Part shown: piece by piece, positions 7,964 through 16,660 of the stretch | How positions within the stretch are numbered: position 1 is the stretch's first letter | Layout of the letters: every line of letters begins with the position of its first letter | IMG/VR virus record: IMGVR_UViG_3300014202_000463 | Location: 1 to 25,264 of that record | Strand: one strand, 5' to 3' | Length of the DNA: 25,264 nucleotides | DNA from: a virus | Lineage: Duplodnaviria; Caudoviricetes | Made by a program: the position numbers and the translations under genes | The notes under the pieces: generated by a model | Databases searched by the model: none | Seen by the model: the letters and a program-made list of their open reading frames with translations, nothing else | What the model was told of the DNA's origin: nothing

Positions 7964-10548
7964 CAGCCACGGCTCCTGGTTGTGTTGAAGTTGCGGCCCA
8001 TCCCACGGCTGACCTTACTGTTGGGATCGGCCATCTGCGCCGCCACGGAACTGACGGCATCCTCCACGATCAAGGCCCACTCATCCTCGGATACGCGCTG
8101 CGTTTCCTTGATGCGCAACGGTGAGCCGGTGTTGACCACAGTCCACTTCACATCACTTGCGCTGCCACTGCCCAGCTTGTTATTCGGGATGATGGTGCCG
8201 TGCGATGACGGCTGGAAAATCTCCGGTCCTTTTTCGCCAACGATGAAGGCGCCACCGCTCCAGACCGGACCGCCCTTCTCGCGCATGCCGGCAATGGCCA
8301 TGCCTGCCACCATGCCGGCACTGGCATAGCCAGTTACACGAATCATCGTCGCCATGGGGATGCCGAAAATACCCAACTGGGCGCCTGCTTTGGCTGCCGC
8401 CACTTCGGTATTGAGAAGGATTTCGGCCACGGCAATCGCCTTGCTGGCCAGGAATGCTGCCTTGCCCAAAGCCGACTGCTCCTTGCCAGCCTGCTGCATC
8501 AACCCATACAGCTGATCAGCCGCATTGCCGGCCGCCCCCAGCGACTGCATTTGATACGATGATTTCATTTCCAACATGGCCAGCTCGTGCCGCTCGTTTT
8601 CCTCCTCGATCAGCCGGTTGCCTTCCATCGTGTTTTCCAACTCAGCATCACGAAACGCCTGCAGGTCCTTCAGGCGGTTGGCGTACTGCTCATTTTCCAC
8701 CTGCTCGGGTGTACGCAACGACTCGCCGATCTGTTGGGCCACCGACTGCGTCGACGCCTTGTTGACCTGCGCCACTTGGTTCTTGCCGTCCTGCCGAAAC
8801 TGCTGAATGCTATCGTCGCTGATACTGCCCTTCTCCCGCGCCTGGCGTATCTTTTCCTCAATATCGAGCTCGATGCGGCGCTGTGCCGTCAGCTTGGCAC
8901 TCTCCAGGGCCGACTTGCCGTACAGCGTATTCTCGAACTGCATCTGGCTAATCGATTGGCTCTGCTGCAGGTTCCAGTCCTTCATTACTTGGTTGAGGTC
9001 ACTTTGCGCCTTCGACAGTCCCAGCTTCAACATCGCCGCGTCCTGGTCGGCATCCTGCTGCGCCTTCGCCTTTTTCGCCTGCAGGTTGATAATCGCCTGC
9101 TGGTCGTCTTCGCGCTCCGATTCCTTGGACGTGCGCGCCTGGTGCGCCCGCAGCGCCGCGATCTCGGCGTCATATGCCCTGAGCGTAATGGCCAGACCGG
9201 ATTCCAGCGCCTTTTGCTGGTAATCGTTGTAGGTATCAAGATCGATCAGGTCCTGGCTGCGCAGTTCCGCGATGTACTTATTGCCGAACTCCAGCGCGCT
9301 TTGCTGTTTGGCTAATCCCTCTTCCAAATCCTTTAAGCGCATGTCGAGCAACTTCTTAGCGCGCGCAGCAGCTGCCTCCAGCTCCTTTTCACCTGCGTAA
9401 TTCAGCACATTCTGAGGCTCTTGAGGCTCCTGAACTTCAGGTTTTGCACCCGTTTCTTTGCGCTTGGCAATCCGGCCAAGCACTGATTGCTCCATTAGAT
9501 TGGCCGGCTTGTTCCACAGATCGTCCAGATCCTGATTGGCGGCCTCGACGATCTTGTTTCGCTCATCAAGGTCTTTCTGAAACTCATCCCAAGATGACTT
9601 GCCCTGGACGCCATTGATAATGACGCCATTAAGGTTAAGGTTTTTGGCGGCCGACGCGACTACCTTGATGTCCGAATAGACCGACTTGAAGCTGCCTGCT
9701 GCCGTCTGCAAAATGCGAGGTATTAAAACAGCTACGTCCACCACCCGCGCCAAGCCGACGGCAAGGTCATCACTCCATGTAGCAACGTCCACTCCATACA
9801 GATCCTCAGCACCCGATTTCAGGTCAGCAAATGCCTCGACAAAATCGGTCATCGCCGGCAGTGCATCGCTCACAATCTGAGTGACAAGCGCCTGATGTTT
9901 CGTTCGCAAAAATCCTAACTGGTCTTGATAATTGGCAGCCGCTGCTGCGGCATCGGCGCTCACCCCTTTGAAGCGGTCCAGATGATCGCTCACGTCGTTC
10001 ATATAGGGCAGCAGATCCGCGCCAGATTTGCCGAGCGCATCATTGATCAACGCCACCTTGCCAGCACCGTCACCGTAGCTCTGCAGGCGTTTCGAGATCT
10101 CGATAAACGTGGCTGAAGGGTCCTGATTCTTCAGGTCCTTGGTCGACATGCCAAGCGCTGTCAGCGCCTTGCGTACCTTGCTGCCTTCGTCGTCAACACT
10201 CACCAGCCCTTTGGACAATTTCACCAGCGCGCCGTCCACCGCGCCAAAATCGGCGCCGGTGGCCGAAGCGAGCTGCTGCAGGCGCGACAGGTTCTCGACC
10301 GAGGACCCGGTTTTCTGCGCCATATCATCGAGAGCGGCCAAGGCATCGATCGCCTCGTTGGCAGCCCCCACCAGTGCGTCCACCGACAACGCTATACCAA
10401 CCGCTGCCAGCGCACCTACCACCAAGTCGGCTGCGCCCTGCATGCCTTCCATGGCCGCACCGGTATCCTGCCGGGCCTGAGCCATATTGGCCTGGAAACG
10501 AGCAATGTTCGCCTCAAGTACAACAACGAGCGAACCCATAGTAGCCAT
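7963..10548 (-). CDS. Tail tape measure protein
   Basis: 861 aa, Ala-rich and helical; N-term MGSLVVVLEAN, C-term GG-x-V...IVGEKGPEIF; follows the chaperones. Confidence 0.92.
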   Translation of the reverse strand: MATMGSLVVVLEANIARFQANMAQARQDTGAAMEGMQGAADLVVGALAAVGIALSVDALVGAANEAIDALAALDDMAQKTGSSVENLSRLQQLASATGADFGAVDGALVKLSKGLVSVDDEGSKVRKALTALGMSTKDLKNQDPSATFIEISKRLQSYGDGAGKVALINDALGKSGADLLPYMNDVSDHLDRFKGVSADAAAAAANYQDQLGFLRTKHQALVTQIVSDALPAMTDFVEAFADLKSGAEDLYGVDVATWSDDLAVGLARVVDVAVLIPRILQTAAGSFKSVYSDIKVVASAAKNLNLNGVIINGVQGKSSWDEFQKDLDERNKIVEAANQDLDDLWNKPANLMEQSVLGRIAKRKETGAKPEVQEPQEPQNVLNYAGEKELEAAAARAKKLLDMRLKDLEEGLAKQQSALEFGNKYIAELRSQDLIDLDTYNDYQQKALESGLAITLRAYDAEIAALRAHQARTSKESEREDDQQAIINLQAKKAKAQQDADQDAAMLKLGLSKAQSDLNQVMKDWNLQQSQSISQMQFENTLYGKSALESAKLTAQRRIELDIEEKIRQAREKGSISDDSIQQFRQDGKNQVAQVNKASTQSVAQQIGESLRTPEQVENEQYANRLKDLQAFRDAELENTMEGNRLIEEENERHELAMLEMKSSYQMQSLGAAGNAADQLYGLMQQAGKEQSALGKAAFLASKAIAVAEILLNTEVAAAKAGAQLGIFGIPMATMIRVTGYASAGMVAGMAIAGMREKGGPVWSGGAFIVGEKGPEIFQPSSHGTIIPNNKLGSGSASDVKWTVVNTGSPLRIKETQRVSEDEWALIVEDAVSSVAAQMADPNSKVSRGMGRNFNTTRSRG

Positions 10549-10559
10549 AATTAACCTTT

Positions 10560-10920
10560 CTATGATGATGGCCGCTTGCCAAAAAGCGCAGCCCGCATCA
10601 GTTGTCCATGCGCCACTGGATCGGCCAGCAAGACAGGCTCGATCTCTTCCCGCGCACCGCCAAGGTCGCGCCAGTGAATGAAATCCGTCGACGAGTAAGG
10701 CTCTGGCCTGTCCTTGCTGCTACGGTTGATATTGGCCAGTAAGGCGCTGGCCACTCCGTGTCGTTGATCGGCAACCAGGTCTCCAAACGGCTCAAGCTCG
10801 TAATAGGCCATCCACTCCGTGAACTCAGCTGAAGATATCTCCAGCTGGGCCTGGCGCACCGACTTGCCTAGCTCTTTGGCGAGCCGGAACCAGAATCGCC
10901 GCTCTGGTCGCTCTCGGAGT
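10560..10920 (-). CDS. Tail assembly chaperone T domain (C-terminal part of the GT -1 frameshift product)
   Basis: The -1 frame is open from the slippery site: KLRERPERRFWFRLAKELGKSVRQAQLEISSAEFTEWMAYYELEPFG. Confidence 0.85.
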
Positions 10921-11266
10921 TTTTTGCGGCATCCGGCCCGGACTTGGCGCCCAGGCCGTTCAAGCGCATGGCCACCTCGGCAGGCACATCGAGCGACGCC
11001 GCCGACTTTTCCTGCAGCGCAGCAATATCGTCCACGGTGAACAGCTGCACGCCGGACTCGTCGACGATGGTGGCCGCCAGCAGCGCCGCCGAAAAGCGCC
11101 CCACCGGCACGCCCGCTTCGGATGCAATCGAAGTGCGGAATGCATCGCGCTCCAGACCCGTCATGGCACGGATACGGACCGTGCCGCCCCAGGCTGGTAC
11201 TGGCACATCTTCATGTTTCAGGTCGGCCGCGCCCAGGATCGCCGATTTGCTCAGCAGGCCGCTCAT
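10868..11266 (-). CDS. Tail assembly chaperone (gpG-like), 132 aa
   Basis: Between tube and TMP; VPAWGGTVRIRAMTG motif; ATGA overlap with the tube stop; slippery AKN codons near the end. Confidence 0.87.
   Translation of the reverse strand: MSGLLSKSAILGAADLKHEDVPVPAWGGTVRIRAMTGLERDAFRTSIASEAGVPVGRFSAALLAATIVDESGVQLFTVDDIAALQEKSAASLDVPAEVAMRLNGLGAKSGPDAAKNSESDQSGDSGSGSPKS
10919..10925 (-). other. Programmed -1 ribosomal frameshift heptamer A-AAA-AAC
   Basis: Minus strand GCA AAA AAC fits X-XXY-YYZ in the G frame, and the -1 shift joins the T ORF. Confidence 0.85.
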
Positions 11267-11679
11267 GACCACACCACCGCGCCAGTTACTTTGGTATCGA
11301 TGGTGCCCTTCAGCACGGCGTTGACGCCGCCCGATACAGGCATAGACTTGACCAAAACGTCAAAGGTGGCCACCACTTCATCAGGAAAAGTTAGCTGCAG
11401 GCCAGTTCGTTCGCCGCTGACGTGCGCCGCGCGCAATGCCATTTGACCCGGATCGTCATGCTGCGTTTTCGCTTCCATGCTGAATTTGCCGTTGTCGACC
11501 AGCCCACTGATGTATTCCATGGCCTCGCTATCGAGGTCTGTTACGTCAATATCGGACGCCGCACCGTCGAGGCCATTGAAAGAAAGAATGCCTTTGATCT
11601 GGGTCCAAACCGGAACAGCCTTTGTCCCCGTGTTGACCTTTACTTTACTTCCCTGTGCCGAAATGCCACCGGTTGCCAT
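11263..11679 (-). CDS. Major tail tube protein (138 aa; start corrected to ATG 11679)
   Basis: AQGSKV and IDVTDLDSEAMEYISGLVDNG motifs; strong AAGGAG SD before MATGG. Confidence 0.9.
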   Translation of the reverse strand: MATGGISAQGSKVKVNTGTKAVPVWTQIKGILSFNGLDGAASDIDVTDLDSEAMEYISGLVDNGKFSMEAKTQHDDPGQMALRAAHVSGERTGLQLTFPDEVVATFDVLVKSMPVSGGVNAVLKGTIDTKVTGAVVWS

Positions 11680-11691
11680 AATTAACTCCTT

Positions 11692-11713
11692 AAAAAAAAC
11701 CGCCAATTGGCGG
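11692..11713 (-). terminator. Hairpin plus T8 directly upstream of the tail tube SD
   Basis: CCGCC-AATT-GGCGG, then a T run, then AAGGAG on the minus strand. Confidence 0.55.
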
Positions 11714-11733
11714 CCGAAACAGGGGGTGACTGG

Positions 11734-12150
11734 TTAAGCGCTCAGGCTCAACCGGTCGGTTCGATACTGCACGCGGTACTGCGTCGTCAGCATGCAAGCC
11801 TGACTATCCGTATTCGCAAACATAGGCGCCTTGCTGCCGTCCTCCCATATCCCCAGCAGGGCTTCAGCCTTATAGGACATCAGCAGCGGGTGCGCCACTT
11901 CCATGACGCTGTCCGCCTGCTGGTCCGGCACATCGCTGCGTGTGATGACGCTGACGAGAATCTGACACTCGCGGATCACTTCGTCTGACAGGTCTCCGTC
12001 GACACCTTCGTCGCCGCGATGAATCACCAGCACGGGGCTTTCCTCGCGGCTGAACGCCACCGAAAGGGAGCGTTCTACCTGCGCCGGGAAAGCCGGCGCC
12101 GCCGCCAACAATGCCATCAGCTCCTGGATGAAAAATTCGCGCAAGGTCAT
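11734..12150 (-). CDS. Tail terminator/minor tail protein (gpU-like)
   Basis: 138 aa, acidic, ends YRVQYRT; lies directly before the tube gene. Confidence 0.7.
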   Translation of the reverse strand: MTLREFFIQELMALLAAAPAFPAQVERSLSVAFSREESPVLVIHRGDEGVDGDLSDEVIRECQILVSVITRSDVPDQQADSVMEVAHPLLMSYKAEALLGIWEDGSKAPMFANTDSQACMLTTQYRVQYRTDRLSLSA

Positions 12151-12455
12151 GGGATCACCTTTTCAAGCAAGGCCGTGACAAACTCGCCATTGCCGTTGGC
12201 CATCGGTGTCTGCCGTACCTTGTACTGCACGCCGGCGACTGTGATCATGAAGCCACGCTTCAGCTCCACGGCGCTGGCCAGGTACTCAATGCTGTAGTCG
12301 GTGGTATGCACCATGCCGTCGAGCACTACCTGGTCGGGCCGCTTGAAACCGCCCGAGAACACTACGAGGTCGCCAACTGGCGGCTGATAGCTGGCCTCGT
12401 CAAGCATGCCCACACCCTGGAATGCGCTCCAGAAACGCTCCGCATGAAATGACAC
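12147..12455 (-). CDS. Head-tail joining protein (gpFII-like)
   Basis: 102 aa, beta-rich, LKRG-x2-ITVAG-x2-YKV motif; position after DUF2190. Confidence 0.72.
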   Translation of the reverse strand: MSFHAERFWSAFQGVGMLDEASYQPPVGDLVVFSGGFKRPDQVVLDGMVHTTDYSIEYLASAVELKRGFMITVAGVQYKVRQTPMANGNGEFVTALLEKVIP

Positions 12456-12467
12456 GGTAGGCCTCGC

Positions 12468-12806
12468 TTATGCGCCGACCGCGCCGCCGTTCAGGCGGAC
12501 GTAGCCGACCGTCGACGGGTTTGCCGCCACCAGCGTGGCCACGCCAATGAGGTCACCCTTGGCGGTATCGCTATCACAGCGCTTGTTGACATCGTCCCAG
12601 TAGATCCGCGCGCCAATCGCCCAGGCCTGGGCGCCGGTCTTCGGCAACATGAATACACCATCCGTCACGCCCTCGACTTGCGCACCAGCTGCGGCATCGG
12701 TGGAGGCAATGGCGAACAACGCACCGACTTGAAAACCGGAGCCGCTCAACAGGTCATAGGGCGCCGGCAGCGTCAAGGTATTGCCTGGCTGTACAAAATT
12801 TTTCAT
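12468..12806 (-). CDS. DUF2190-family capsid-associated (cement/decoration-like) protein, 112 aa
   Basis: MKNFVQPG start, GVF-x-LPK and IYWD motifs; AAGGA SD; directly after the capsid gene. Confidence 0.85.
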   Translation of the reverse strand: MKNFVQPGNTLTLPAPYDLLSGSGFQVGALFAIASTDAAAGAQVEGVTDGVFMLPKTGAQAWAIGARIYWDDVNKRCDSDTAKGDLIGVATLVAANPSTVGYVRLNGGAVGA

Positions 12807-12869
12807 CTCGATTCCTTGCAAAGTAAAGTGGGGCACCACCGCGAAGCGATGGCGCCGCTTGACCAGCGC

Positions 12870-14906
12870 TTAAGCGCCGGCGTTTTTCCACAGGCCGCGG
12901 TGGTCGACAACCTTGGCCGCGAAGTCCAAGCGCGCCTTGACCTTCATGCCGTCCACGTCGAAACCGATTTCGTTCTCGATCCAGACGCCTTCGGCGCCAT
13001 CGAGCCAACAGTATTCGACGGTATCGATCTCGCCGCTGTTCGATGCCAGGTACCACGCCGTCGGGCTATTGCCGTCCAGCAGAGGCTCGACAATCGGTTC
13101 GACCGCCGTGCGGCCGCCGGCGCGGAACTCATTCACGTCGCCTGCCTTGGCCGGCACGTAGTTGCTGCTGGTGTACTGGTATGCCAGCTGCTCTTGCGCC
13201 GTCGGCACGATCAGGAAGTTCGGTACCACGTTCAGCTCTTCGCCGGCCAGGCCTTTCTGCAGGCGCATCTGGCTGCGGCCCTTGCCCAGCGCCGCCGCCG
13301 AAATCGCGCCAGGATCACCGAGGTTGCCATGATCCGCGCTGAACAGCTGCTCGCCATCGCCCATGACCGGATTGCCGGTCAGCTGCGCGTACACCAGGCG
13401 ATTTTCCAGGCGGCTAGCCGAAGCGCCGAAAGCGGCAACCAGGCGGTCGAGCGCACGCAGATCATCGTTGACCAAGGTCTGGCGCGACACCGCCACGATG
13501 CGGCCATACGTCACCACGCCGTAGGTTTCACCGGCGTCGTTGATGGTGCCGTACTGATACTCGCCCGCTTCATTGAGTTTCAGCAGATCCGGTGCGCCGC
13601 CCATTTGCACCACTTGCATTTTCTTGAAGTCTGGCGCATTCGGGGCACGGCGCGCCCACAACTTGTAGGTGCGCTCGGCTTCCGCATACGCCTGGCGCAG
13701 GCGCTTGTTCAGTACGTTCGACAGGATGGCAGGGAAGTCGGACGTGGTGTGCATGGCACGGCCAGCAATCTCGATGCCCGACAGGCCGCGCACGTTGACG
13801 CCGGCGTGATCGAGCGTTTCTTCGGCCATGCGCAGCAGCGACATATGGCGGTACTGGCGTGCATGCTCAGGCAGCGCAACGCTTGGGTTCAGGCGATGCA
13901 CGATTGCGTCCGTGATCGCGGCACGGCGGTTATCCGTCTCGTCGCTGACAGTCTGGATATGCGCGCCAGAGCGCGTCGGCGTGGCCGCACTACGTTTGGC
14001 CTTTTCGCGCAGCACGGCCAGGCCTGCGCCTTCGGCCGTCATGTCACGGTTGCCGATCAGTTGATCTGCGTAGGCCGGCTCCAGGCCGCCCAAGGTGACG
14101 GCTTCGCGGATGCCGCTTTGACGTTCGCCTTCCAGGCGCGCGCCCTCGGCACGCGCCTCATCAAGCGCGCGCTGGTTGACTGCCGTTTGGCCTTGATCGC
14201 CGCCGGCTGGTGGCGCCGACGTCGTGTTGTTTGCTGCACCTGGCATGGTGTTTTCCTCTCTGGTGTGATCGACGGCGGCTGCCGGCGGGGTAGTTGATGC
14301 TGGAATACTGCGGGTTGAAAAATGACAGGGCGCCATGCGCACGGCCGGCCCGGTGTTCGGCTTGGACGGATCGTCGCTACGCACGCCGCAGTCGGCGTCG
14401 GCGCCGATGGGCACCAGCGACACTTCGGTCGGCTCCCAGTCGATGGCCACATAACGCCACGACTCCCCCTCTTTCATGGGCGGGATGCGGTCATAGGCGT
14501 ACACGTTGTAGCCAACCGAAACATTGCCGATGATCTTGTCGACCACATCCTGGTAATACGGCTCGACGTCGGTGCGCTTGGAAAACTCCACCGTCGCATG
14601 GCCTTCGTCGCCTGCTAGCGTGGCGCTTCGGATCACGCCCATGACCGAACTCAGGTCCCACCGCGAATGGGTATTCAACAGAGGCGCACGGCCAGACTCG
14701 AAACGGCCCATACGCACATGCTTGGGGTCAAGGCTCAGCTCCTCGATATAGTAGCGATCGTTGTACCAGTCATAGCGGCGCACGCCGGCGCCGGCAGTCC
14801 AGACCAGGTCGACCGTACGTGTATTTCCTTCCGGCACGTTGATGGGCGCCAGGCGCGTCATCATCGGCATTTGCAACACTTCGGTTGCGGCATTCGGATT
14901 CGGCAT
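12870..14906 (-). CDS. Prohead protease-scaffold-major capsid protein fusion
   Basis: N-terminal HK97-type protease (PLLNTH, NVSVGY, EVSLVPIGAD), a Pro/Ala linker, then a capsid domain (HTTSDFPAIL, DFK, TYGR, D-x-RGLWKN). Confidence 0.92.
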   Translation of the reverse strand: MPNPNAATEVLQMPMMTRLAPINVPEGNTRTVDLVWTAGAGVRRYDWYNDRYYIEELSLDPKHVRMGRFESGRAPLLNTHSRWDLSSVMGVIRSATLAGDEGHATVEFSKRTDVEPYYQDVVDKIIGNVSVGYNVYAYDRIPPMKEGESWRYVAIDWEPTEVSLVPIGADADCGVRSDDPSKPNTGPAVRMAPCHFSTRSIPASTTPPAAAVDHTREENTMPGAANNTTSAPPAGGDQGQTAVNQRALDEARAEGARLEGERQSGIREAVTLGGLEPAYADQLIGNRDMTAEGAGLAVLREKAKRSAATPTRSGAHIQTVSDETDNRRAAITDAIVHRLNPSVALPEHARQYRHMSLLRMAEETLDHAGVNVRGLSGIEIAGRAMHTTSDFPAILSNVLNKRLRQAYAEAERTYKLWARRAPNAPDFKKMQVVQMGGAPDLLKLNEAGEYQYGTINDAGETYGVVTYGRIVAVSRQTLVNDDLRALDRLVAAFGASASRLENRLVYAQLTGNPVMGDGEQLFSADHGNLGDPGAISAAALGKGRSQMRLQKGLAGEELNVVPNFLIVPTAQEQLAYQYTSSNYVPAKAGDVNEFRAGGRTAVEPIVEPLLDGNSPTAWYLASNSGEIDTVEYCWLDGAEGVWIENEIGFDVDGMKVKARLDFAAKVVDHRGLWKNAGA

Positions 14907-14915
14907 AATTTCCTC

Positions 14916-14948
14916 AAAAAAAAGCCCGCTGGGGTAAGCCAGCGGGCT
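14916..14948 (-). terminator. Intrinsic terminator-like hairpin between portal and capsid genes
   Basis: AGCCCGCTGG-N6-CCAGCGGGCT 10-bp stem plus T run, directly followed by the GAGG SD of the capsid gene. Confidence 0.75.
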
Positions 14949-14968
14949 GCAAACAACATTGGTGGGGA

Positions 14969-16432
14969 CTACTCGACGCCCATCACAGCAGCGGCCGTAG
15001 CCGCGTCGACAAGCTTGCTACTGACAGCCGCATCTGAATCGCTCAGGATGCCCAGCTCCACCATGCGCTTACGCTCCTTGGCGATCTCGGTAAAGACCGC
15101 TTCAGGGTCGTCGCCGCGTGACCGGATCGCTTCAGACAAGCTTTGCAAGGTGCCGCGTATGGCCTCCTTGGTGCCGAGCACTTCCTTGTACGGGTCGACA
15201 TACTCCAGCTTAGGCATCGTCCAGACAAAGCGCTTCGATGGCACCCGCTGCGCACCGGCCAGCCTGGCAGCCTCCTGGAAACGTCTCCCAATCGGGTTCA
15301 GCACCATCGGTACCAGGCACAGCCACTGCTCCTGCTTGATGCGCTGGCGGAACTCCACCAGGCCGGCGCGGATCGAGCTGTAATTGACGCGCGACAGGTC
15401 GCCTGTCAACTGTTCATAGGTGACGCCTGCGCCCACCGCGATTGCATGCAACTGTGTGGCCGCGTAATCGCCGTAGCCGCTGAAGGCTGCTGGCGCACCG
15501 AAGTCGACGCTCTCGGCGTTGTTCAGGTACTTGATCATGCCCGGCGCGACCTTCTCGTTCGCCCCTGCATTGCTCTGCACCTGGCCCAGGCGCGCCGATT
15601 CATTGTCGGTCCGCACGAAGGCAACGAAGCAGGCCTCAATTTTCTTGCGAACCAGCTCGGCCTGCTCATAGTCGCCCAGGTCACGCAGGCGCATCAGCGA
15701 AACAGCGAATTCCGGCATGCCGCGCACTTGGGAAGGGCGACGCTTGCGGTAGTAGTGCAGCACCTCGCTGGCCGGCACGCGCTTGCTCTGCAGACGGTTT
15801 CCGCCAATGATCAGCACCTCGCCGGGATGCGACGGGAACAGCCAGTACGCCAGGCGCTGGCCGATGACGTTGTATTCCACACCAGCAATGGCGTAGTTGC
15901 CATTGTCGAGCGGGCCGGTCTTGAGCGTATCGAGGTGATCAGGCTCCAGCACCTGCAACTGCAGCGGCACCACCAAGCCGTCTTCAGGCGTGCGCCAGCG
16001 AAAGCGTATCAGCACCTCGCCGCTTTCGTAGCGCGTACGCGCTGCCAGTTCCATCAAGCCATTGAAATCAAGCTGGCCGTCTGCATCACAATATTCGCAC
16101 CAGTCGTCCCACAGCGACTGATCCGGCGCCTTGCCGACGATACCGATGCCGACCGTGTTGGTCACCAGGGCATTCAACGCGGCGCTTGCGTACTCGTTAT
16201 TGCGCACCGCCTCACGGGCGCGGTTGCGCACGATGGACAACGCCGGCAGCACTTCCGCGTTGGCACTGCCGCTGCCTGCCCGCCATCCATCCCCACGCCG
16301 CCCTACCTTTGCCGCCTCATAGGCTCGTGCCATCTCCAGCGCCATGCGCGCCTGCGTGCGCCGCACGCCGTGGCCGGGACTGATGAAGTTGACGGCCCGG
16401 TCGAGCCAGTTCATATCGGTCATCGCACCCAT
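14969..16432 (-). CDS. Portal protein, lambda gpB family (alternative starts 16423/16414)
   Basis: YEAA, R-x-RAR-x3-NN, Q-x-RG-x-P, LTGDLS-x-VNYSS-x-RAGL and VDP-x-KE motifs. Confidence 0.95.
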   Translation of the reverse strand: MGAMTDMNWLDRAVNFISPGHGVRRTQARMALEMARAYEAAKVGRRGDGWRAGSGSANAEVLPALSIVRNRAREAVRNNEYASAALNALVTNTVGIGIVGKAPDQSLWDDWCEYCDADGQLDFNGLMELAARTRYESGEVLIRFRWRTPEDGLVVPLQLQVLEPDHLDTLKTGPLDNGNYAIAGVEYNVIGQRLAYWLFPSHPGEVLIIGGNRLQSKRVPASEVLHYYRKRRPSQVRGMPEFAVSLMRLRDLGDYEQAELVRKKIEACFVAFVRTDNESARLGQVQSNAGANEKVAPGMIKYLNNAESVDFGAPAAFSGYGDYAATQLHAIAVGAGVTYEQLTGDLSRVNYSSIRAGLVEFRQRIKQEQWLCLVPMVLNPIGRRFQEAARLAGAQRVPSKRFVWTMPKLEYVDPYKEVLGTKEAIRGTLQSLSEAIRSRGDDPEAVFTEIAKERKRMVELGILSDSDAAVSSKLVDAATAAAVMGVE

Positions 16433-16433
16433 G

Positions 16434-16655
16434 TCAGTCCCGCGAAAAGACCGTCAATGTGGCTGGGCCACGATTGGACAGCGCCGGGGCCTGCAGTGCG
16501 CCCGATGCCGTCAGCTGGTTCTTGACCATTTCATAGGCCTTCGTCAGATCGGCCATATTGCGGTAGGTGACTTTCTTGCCGTCATACTCGATCGACAGCT
16601 CGCCGCTACCGATGGCCGCTTCCAGCGCGGATAGTTGTTTCAGTGTAAATGCCAT
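16434..16655 (-). CDS. Head-tail adaptor (gpW-like)
   Basis: 73 aa, LEAAI-x-SG...YDGKKVTY; lies between terminase and portal. Confidence 0.88.
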   Translation of the reverse strand: MAFTLKQLSALEAAIGSGELSIEYDGKKVTYRNMADLTKAYEMVKNQLTASGALQAPALSNRGPATLTVFSRD

Positions 16656-16660
16656 CGTTT

